This document shows positions 55,539-64,000 of a DNA stretch of 64,000 nt, piece after piece; the stretch's first letter is position 1, and the number at the start of each line of letters is the position of its first letter. The stretch comes from Nitrospirota bacterium (lineage in GTDB: Bacteria > Nitrospirota > JACRHJ01). The notes beneath the pieces were generated by a model. It saw only the letters and a list, made by a program, of their open reading frames with translations, searched no databases and was not told where the DNA came from. Made by a program: the position numbers and the translations under genes. The stretch covers positions 32,001 through 96,000 of the forward strand of contig CAWJRJ010000011.1 of the NCBI GenBank assembly GCA_963845245.1. The letters are read 5' to 3'.

Positions 55539-58500
55539 TCACTTTTTTGCCGCAACCCTGACCTCGGCCATGTGTTCCTGACGGTCGTCAACAAGGGGGA
55601 TAGCCTCACCCTGTTGCAGTATCCCGTCGACCGTCACGCTCGTCTCGCCTTTCTCATCGCGTGTTTGCAGGACGGTGATATGGTAGATAGTTTCCCTGTA
55701 CCGGTAGTGGATCTTGAACGTCTCCCAATCCTCAGGCAGGCATGGCGCGAAGCGCAGCTTGTCCACTTCGAGCCTCAGCCCCAGAAGTGATTCCAGGATA
55801 AGCCGGTACATCCAGCCGGCAGACCCCGTGTACCAGGTCCACCCGCCGCGGCCGATGTGAGGCGAGACTGCGTATACGTCGGCAGCGACAACGTACGGTT
55901 CAACTTTATAGGTCTCCATCTCTTCCCGGGATAACGCATGGTTCACCGGGTTGATCATCGTAAGCAGTTCCCATGCCCGCCTGCTGTCGCCTAATTGAGC
56001 GAAAGGCCATCGCAGCCCAGATTGCGCCATGCGTGTACTGCCCGCCATTCTCCCTCACGCCGGGGACGTACCCCTTTATATAGCCTGGGTTCAGATCCGA
56101 TTTGTCGAACGGCGGGTCAAGCAGCTGGACCAGGCGATGGTCGCGCCTTACCAGGCGCTTGTCCACCGCTTCCATTGCCATAGCCGAACGAGTGGCATCT
56201 CCGGCACCGGAGAGGACGGACCAGCTTTGCGAAATGGAATCAACCTGGCATTCTTCATTACTTGCCGAACCGAGCGGCAAGCCGTTGTCGAAGTAGGCGC
56301 GGCGGTACCAGCCGCCATCCCAGCCGTTCTTCTCGATATTCAGTCTCAGCCGGGCCGCCTCTTCCTGACAGTGTTCTGCAAATGTCAGGTCACCGCGCAG
56401 GCGTGCAATTTTGGCAAACTGCACGAGGACTTCGTAGAGGAAGAACCCAAGCCAGACGCTTTCGCCCTTGCCACCTGCGCCGACCATATTCATGCCGTCA
56501 TTCCAGTCACCCGAGCCGATGAGCGGCAGGCCATGCTCACCAAGGCTGACGCCCTTCATGATAGCCCGTACGCAGTGTTCGTAAAGATTGGCCGATTGTT
56601 CAGACTGTACTGGAAGGTCGTAATACGAGTCCTCGTCCGGGTTTACCTGGCGGCCCTTGATGTACTGGACAGGTTCGTCCAGCACCCCGGTATCCCCGGT
56701 GCCAAGGACGTAGCGGCATGCAGCCAGCGGCAGCCAGAGAAGATCGTCGGAACAGTGCGTGCGGACGCCTTGACCCAACGGAGGATGCCACCAGTGCTGA
56801 ACATCCCCCTCCTGGAACTGACGCGACGCGCACAGGAGCAGGTGTTCGCGCACGAGGCGCGGCTCTGAGTGGATAAGTGCCATCACGTCCTGCAACTGGT
56901 CGCGGAAACCGTAAGCGCCCCCTGACTGGTAGTATCCGCTTCTGGCCCAGAGGCGGCACGCCAGGGTCTGATATATCAGCCAGCCATTGGTCATTATGTT
57001 AACGGACTGGTCGGGCGTCTCCACCTGCACTGCGCCTAAAGTGTGGTTCCAGTGCTGCCAGACCATCTCTAGCGCGTCGCGCGCGGCGGCGGCCCCCCGG
57101 AACCGGAGTACCAGTTTGCTGGTGTCGTCGGCGTCCCGCCCAGCGCCGAGTCTGAAGATGACCTCGCGCTCCTGCCCGTCGGCAAGCTCAAAGGGGACCT
57201 GGATAGCGGCACAGGGGTCCAGGGCGGCCCCTACCCTGCCGGAAAGCCGTGAACGGGCCATCGCCGCCGGATTTTGAAGCGTGCCGTTGCGGCCAAGGAA
57301 CTCCGTCCGGTCGCCGCTCACGGTACGGGTCGCCTCATCCACGTCGAAGAAGGCGGTCCGGTCCGCGAACTTCGTATTATAGGGGTTCCGCGCGAATAGC
57401 GCGCCGCTGCCAGAATCAAGTTCAGTGATCACATGCATTGCCGTTTTTGACCGCAGATCTCCCAGTACCCATTCCACATAACCTGTAGCGGATAACCGGC
57501 GCGGTCTGCCTGACTCGTTTTTCACCTTCAACACCGTAAACTTGACCGATGCGTCCAGGGCCACGTATACCCACATCTCGGTACGTATGCCGTCCTCCAC
57601 GTGCTCAAAGACGCTGTATCCGAAGCCGTGGCGGCTGACGTAATGCATCATCCCACGGCTGGGCAGAGGCGTTGGGGACCAGAAGTGGCCACTCTCTTCG
57701 TCGCGGATGTAAAAAGCCTCTCCGCTGGAATCGCTTACCGGGTCGTTATACCAGGGAGTGAGGCGGAACTCATGGGCATTGTCTATCCAGGTGTAGGCGA
57801 GCCCGCTCTCCGAGATAACGGTCCCGAACTGCGGGTTTGCCAGGACATTCACCCATGGAGCCGGAGTCGCCTGATCGTGCGATGGTTGTAATTACGTATT
57901 CGCGGCCATCAGGCGTGAAACCGCCGAGTCCGTTAGAGAACAACAGGTCGCCGCGAGGCGTCGTAACGGCCGCGTGAGACTCTTTGCGGTAGGCCCGGGT
58001 CGGCGTGAGACGCGGCATGCTTGCCTCAGCGACACCGCGACGGTTAACAGACCAGATGACCTGGTCCACCAGTGTCCCCCGGCTGTCGGTGATGATGGCG
58101 CGGGCTACCGTCTTAAACAAGATGCGGTCCTCGTTCGATATCTGGTCTGCGGGTCTCACAAAAATGCCGCCCGGTTGATCCGCCGCAATCGATTCCAGGC
58201 CTTCGGCGATGAGCCCCAGTATCTGCTCTTGCAGAAGTTGCCTGTAACCGGCATGGTCCTCGTTCCAGATAACCAGGTCCACCGGCAGTCCTTTTAAGCG
58301 CCAGTATGCGTGGGCCCGTACGAGCTGGCGTACCAGTTCGATATTGGCCTGGTCTTCAATCTGCAACAACACGATAGGTAGGTCGCCCGAAATGGAATAG
58401 CCCCATAGACCGGATTGCCCTCTGCGGTTGCTGAGGATGACGCCCGTGTCGGCACGCAGCGAAGAATTGGAATATATCAGCGAACTGGCCAGGCGTCCGT

Positions 58501-61500
58501 AGAGTTGCGCGTCGGTCTCTGTGGCATTGATCTGTCGCAAGAGCACCTGGCTATGCGTCCATGCCAGGTCGAAGACACGGTCCGCGAGAAGCCGGTCCTG
58601 ATATTTCTCGATGAACCCCATACAGGCCTCTCGATTTTCTCCGACGCCGGTGACAATATTTATTGTGGCCGGCTTTTCCGGCTCCAGGGTTATCCTGTAG
58701 CGTACTGCGACAATGGGGTCCAGCACCGAGCCCTGGCTGCCTGAGAGCGCCCCAGAGGGGTTTGCGGTATAGTGCATAGCCTGCGGGTCAGCGACAGTGT
58801 TGCCTCGGCCTATGAACTGCATACGGTCGGTCTCATAGGAAGCCTCCCCGGCATCTGCACCGTGTACTGCCACCAGATGAAACATCCACGGCGCCTGCTC
58901 GTCTGAGGAACGGGGCCTGCGCGTGCAGAGTATGGCTCCCTGCTGGTGAATGATTTCGGTCTGGACAAACAGGTTGCTGAACGCCGGATGCAGTGCGTCC
59001 GATGCCGGAGATGCAAGGACCACTTCCGCGTAACTCGTTATATCTATCTCCCTGCGCGTCTGTGAGCGGTTCGTGATCGTTATCCGGCGCAGTTCGATGT
59101 CATCCTCGGGCGAAACTGTGATCTCCGTATGCATCTCAATATTGTTGTCCGTCCGGCGGAACTCCACTCTTGCTTCAGAAAAAATCGCTTCGTACTTCTT
59201 TTGCCGTTTGAGAGTCGGCTGATATGCGGTTGACCAGAACTCTCCGCTCGCCACGTCGCTGATGTAACAGAACGTGCCCCAATTATCGCAGGTACTGTCT
59301 TCGCGCCAGCGTGTAACCGCTATGTCTTTCCATCTGCTGTAGCCGCCCCCGGCGTTCGTGACCATCACGTGGTACCTGCCGTTAGACAATAGCTGTACCT
59401 CCGGGACCGGCGTGTCGGGACTGCCCAGTACGCGCACCGGCATCTCCTGGCCACCTGATGCAGAACGTATCTCTGACGTTTCGGCGGTGTGCGAATAAAA
59501 CGCCGTGGCCTTTGGCACACGCTCCTGTAGCAGTAGCATGGTTGCCTGGAACTCCGGGTCGGACTCGAACCGCTTCTGCATCTGACCGTCCAGGAGCAGA
59601 CAGGCCAACGAGAGAAGGCTCATTCCCTGGTGATGTGCCATGAAGGACCGGACTACTGCGCTCGACTGTCCGCGCGGCAGGCGGGAAGGAGTGTAGTCTA
59701 TCGCCTCATAGAAGCCATACCGGGTTTCAAGACCTTCTGCCGAGAGCCGTTGCAGGTTCGCGCAGGCCTCCTCGGGCGCCACCATCAGTGCAAGCGCCGA
59801 TGCATAGGGCGCAATGACCAGGTCCCCGGCGAGCCCGCGTTTAAGCCCCAGGTCAGGCACGCCAAACGCGCGGTACTGGTAGCTTAAATGAACATCAATC
59901 GTGTTGTAGCCGGATTCCGAAATACCCCAAGGCACCTTGTGCTTCTTTCCGTATTGAATCTGGCCGGCGACAGCCGCCTTGCAGGTCTGGTCCAGCAGCG
60001 TGTTTTTATACGTCGGCATCACCAAAAGCGGCATCAGATACTCAAACATCGATCCGCTCCATGAAAGCAGGACAGGGTCTCCACCGGTGGTGGTGAGCAG
60101 GCGTCCCAGAGCGAACCAGCTCTCCTGTGGCAGTTGTCCCTGAGCAATCCCTACGAAACAGCACAGCCTGGCTTCAGAGGCCAACAGGTCATAAAAACTC
60201 TCATCCAGCCGCCGCTCCCTGACGTTATACCCGATGGATAATAAATGACGTGCCTTGTCGAACAGAAAGTCATATTCCATGCGGGCGAACTCGCCGGACT
60301 GCAGTGCAAGCCTTTCAATTTCCGCAATCCTCAACTTGGCACGCTGGCCTGCCTCTGCAACAAGCTTTTTAAGCTCATCTGTCGGCAGCAACTCCGCCTC
60401 GATGTTGGACAGTTGGCGCAGAGTCTGGATTTCATGAAGGGCCGGGAACTCCCGGAAGCTATCAGGAGGATCCGGAAGCCTTGTCCATGGAGCGAGAATC
60501 ATCAGTTCATCTAGGGCTGTCTGGCACTGACCGGCGAAGGCACGTGCCCACCACAGGGCTTTGTTATCTATTACGTTACCGGCAGAATCGAGGGCAGCGA
60601 TTATGGCGACCAGTTCCGCAGCGGACGTTGCCAGGTGTTCAAGGCACTGCCGTGCTGCCATAAGAGTATCGGGTGGGTGATTATACGCTGACTCCGTATC
60701 CCTCTGAAGGCGGGCGAGCTGAGTGCCGGAGCGGTTCCTTCCGTGGCGTCCACGAGAATCCGCATGGTATCGCTGAGGCCGTCAAACAGACTCGCTCCCA
60801 GTATCTTCTGGTCGGGAAGCGCCAAAAGACCGGGCCGCAGAGTAAGCAGGCTGCCCGCAAGGTTACCACTGTCCACCGATGAAATGTAGGTGGGCAACAG
60901 CGGCTTTAAAGTTTGCGTATCGTACCAGTTATAAAAGTGGCCCCGGTGTTTTTCCAGGGCTTCCATTGTTTTAAATGCATTTTCGGTGCGTTCGATGAGT
61001 TGTCCGGCTACGATATAGCCAAAATCGTACGCGGATAAATTCGATAACAGCGCAAGCCCCATGTTGGTCGGCGACGTGCGATGGGCAACTACGGGAACGA
61101 GGATGCTCCTGATAGTTATCAGGCGGAAGCCAGTTATCTTCCGGGCCGACGAACGTCTCAAAAAATGCCCATGTCTTTCTGGAAAGCTTCCGGAGAAAAA
61201 TGGTCTGGTCAGCAGTCAGCCTTGCTTCGCGGCGGGCGATCGGCCGGCTGAGCCACCACGCGATAACAGGGGACGAAAACCAGAGACCCAATAGTGGACC
61301 AGCAACTCCAATAGTGGCTGGCCTCGAAAGGGCCAGTTGGACCGCTGCCGCAGTGGCAATTACTGGGGCGATCCACATTGACCGGCAGAAGCCTGCAAGG
61401 CTGGCCTTGCTGGCGCCACCGGTTTCGCTCGATGTACTCCATTCGAGAAGCCGTTTATGCGTGAATAGCATCCGCCACGCGGTGCGCACGATTGCGTCCA

Positions 61501-64000
61501 GACTGTAAAACGCCTCATAAGGCAGGCAGGCGAGCATAAATACAGCCTGGGCAGCGCTTACGCCGGTGGAACGGCCTACGGCAGCAAGATGCTGTCCAAG
61601 GAGCACATCCTTTGGCTTCTGAAGCAGATGCAAATATCGAGGTAATCAAAGAAGGTATCAGGATAATCCCGAACACTGACAAGGTCCAGAACAATGGCGC
61701 CGCCAAGACCGTCCAGCCGAGCAGCAGCAGGATTGTCAGCCCGGCAGGCACGAGACTGCGCCGAAGGTTGTCGAGGAGCTTCCATCGGGACAGCAACGAG
61801 AGCGGGTTCTTTTGAAAGCGGGCAAGGGTGCCCGGAACACCCGGCAGCAGCCATCGTACAAGCTGCCAGTCCCCGCGGATCCAACGATGCCGGCGGCTCA
61901 CATCCGCGCTGTAGCGGGACGGATATTCCTCGTACACCATTACATCGCTCAGAAGCCCCGCCCGCGCGTAACATCCTTCCAGCAGATCGTGGCTAAGGAT
62001 CCGGTTCTCAGGGAAACGCCCACCCAGCGCCATCTCGAATGCGTCAACATCATAGATGCCCTTGCCTATGAACGACCCTTCCTGGAACAGGTCCTGGTAG
62101 ACATCCGATACAACACGCGTATAAGGATCTATCCCCGGTTCACTGCCGAACATGCGCGCATACCGCGACCGGTTCGCACCGGGCAGGCTGACGGCCACAC
62201 GCGGCTGAAGTATGCCATATCCCTCACAGACGCGCTGTTTGTCTTTGTCGTAACGCGCACGGTTCAGAGGGTGCGCCATTGCACCCACAAGCTGCCAGGC
62301 ACTGTCGCGCGGCAGTTGAGTGTCAGTGTCAAGCGTGATCACGTACTTCACACTTGATAATACCGCAGTATCACCGACTATGAGCGAAAAGTGCTCTTTT
62401 GTGGCACCATCTGCTCCGGCGCGCAGTAAAGAGTTTAAGTTCCGAAAGCTTGCCACGCTTGCGCTCGTATCCCATCCAGATACGGTCCTGGGGATTCCAT
62501 AGGCGCGGGCGATGGAAAAGGAAGAACGTATCGCCTTTTGAACTCCCGTACTTTTCATTCAGTTCCTCGATTCTCTGCCGTGGCCAGCAGCAGAAGCGGT
62601 TCGTCCTCGGGCAGCGTTTCGCTGTCCGCGTCCCGAAAATCAGTCAGCAGGCCGAAGTGCAGGTTGTCGTCACGGTTTGCCAGGAACCTGACTTCCAGCG
62701 CCTCGACCAGGTCCTCGATGTTTTGAGCGCTTATGAGCATGGTCGGGACAACTGTCAGAGTCCGCGATTCAGGCGGTATACCTTTGGAGAAATCCATCCG
62801 CGGCAGCGGGTGCGGTGTCGCGAGCAATGTGACCAGCCAGTTCACCAGGGCCACGGACAGGTGACTTGCGCACAGAAGCGAGAGGACACCTGTCAACACG
62901 AGTACCCAGCCATACAGCCCGGCAGCATGTGCCTTAAATAATACGCTCCCCGTGAAGGCCGCTGTAATCAACATAATACTGCCGATATACATCAGCAAAG
63001 GAAACCGTGCGGCCCATTTCCGAAGGGCCTCAAAGACGGATAAGCGTCACTTCTGCCAGTCGCTCAAGCTGCGCCAGTCCATTGCCTATCAAGGTAATAG
63101 CCCACATGTGCCGAGCGGCTGTCGAGGCCTTGTTTGTCGTCTTTGCTGGCCGCGCTTTCATGCGCAAGCCTGATTGCTTCGGCCGCAACCTCGCTCTCCG
63201 ATAACGGGCTTTTCTTTGCTATCTTCTCTACAGCGTGGCGGTAACGGTCACGCGTGGAAAAATCCATCTTGCCGTAGACACCATCGGTGTCCTCACGCAG
63301 GGTCTGTTCGACAATGCTCATCGTCTCGACGAATTCGCGCCAATCCATTGCGCCAAGGAAACGGAGGCTGCCGATACTGTTGCTCATCGAGACTTGATCA
63401 GCGGCCTGTTGTTGGTTCTGCGACTGCACCAGTTGCTTGATTGTCAGGCCGGACTCGGACAGCCGCTGCTCGATCCAGGTAAGAGGCAATGCAAGGGCAG
63501 GGCCCTTGTCCCTGGAGCCGGCGCGTGAGTTCCGCAACAAACGAACTAACCATCGGCGGTTCCGACCGCGCCATGTCGGCAATCACAAGAATCAGGCTCT
63601 TCGGGTCCTTTTCCGCGGTTTCCGTCATCAGGTCAGCCCAGTAATCGGCACTGTTTCGGTCGAGCCTGTCAGTGGCGATCCGGGCCGCAACCCGCCGGAG
63701 GTTCTCGATCAGTGCCAGGCGCAGCATGATGGGGATTGCCCACAACTCGCCTAATTTCAGGCTGGTGACTGTCTGGTAGGCCGTTACAAAACCGCTGAGG
63801 TTCTCCGGGTCTACCCGCCCATCGCCATGTGAAATCGTTTCCAACGCAATGTCGTATACGCGCGGAAGACCGGCCGAAGGACCATTTTGCAGGCGAGGCA
63901 GTTCCCGGCTGTAACCTTTTGGCAAATGCCTTCTCGCCGTGCGAATCTGCTCTTCAATCAGATAGAAGTTGTCGAGCAGCCATTCCCCGGCCGGTGTAAT
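55539..64000 (-). CDS. ndvB: Cyclic beta-1,2-glucan synthase (GT84 plus tandem GH94 modules); 5' part outside the window; many frameshifts
   Basis: LKLGELWAIP, YVITLDTDT, LSHDLLEG, RRHRWIRGDWQ, YDLLASEAR, QSGGAYGFRDQLQD, GDWNDG, RENGGQYTH, WYTGSAGW in colinear fragments. Confidence 0.9.

Noticed and set aside
1..64000. Integrase, transposase, phage or defence genes
   Set aside because: No ORF with recognisable motifs

Overview
Bacterial genomic window of moderately high GC, read almost entirely as minus-strand genes. Gene content suggests an anaerobic Gram-negative such as Nitrospirota or Desulfobacterota (inference only). It is dominated by a signal-transduction cluster: seven PAS/GAF/HAMP histidine kinases, three HD-GYP phosphodiesterases, one GGDEF cyclase, a tandem-PilZ protein and a stand-alone receiver, built from visibly shuffled and duplicated modules. 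Other genes: a HAMP/7-haem cytochrome c/HAMP triplet, an orphan tungstate-binding tupA, pirin, DoxX, dienelactone hydrolase, a 4-PDZ HtrA protease with a catalytically dead partner, a GT2 plus PMT-type glycosylation pair, a TetR-RND efflux operon and most of a cyclic beta-1,2-glucan synthase. tupA lies under a P3-less Moco-class (Tuco-type) riboswitch with its own promoter and terminator. The most unusual non-coding signal is a family of five intergenic palindromes, GCC(G/A)(C/T)TTAC-N6-GTAAG(C/T)GGC, all with an exact 6-bp variable spacer (recombinase core-site geometry). Several are joined to tRNA-3'-end-like fragments and sit at module boundaries. Many long genes carry frameshifts, most likely uncorrected long-read indels.
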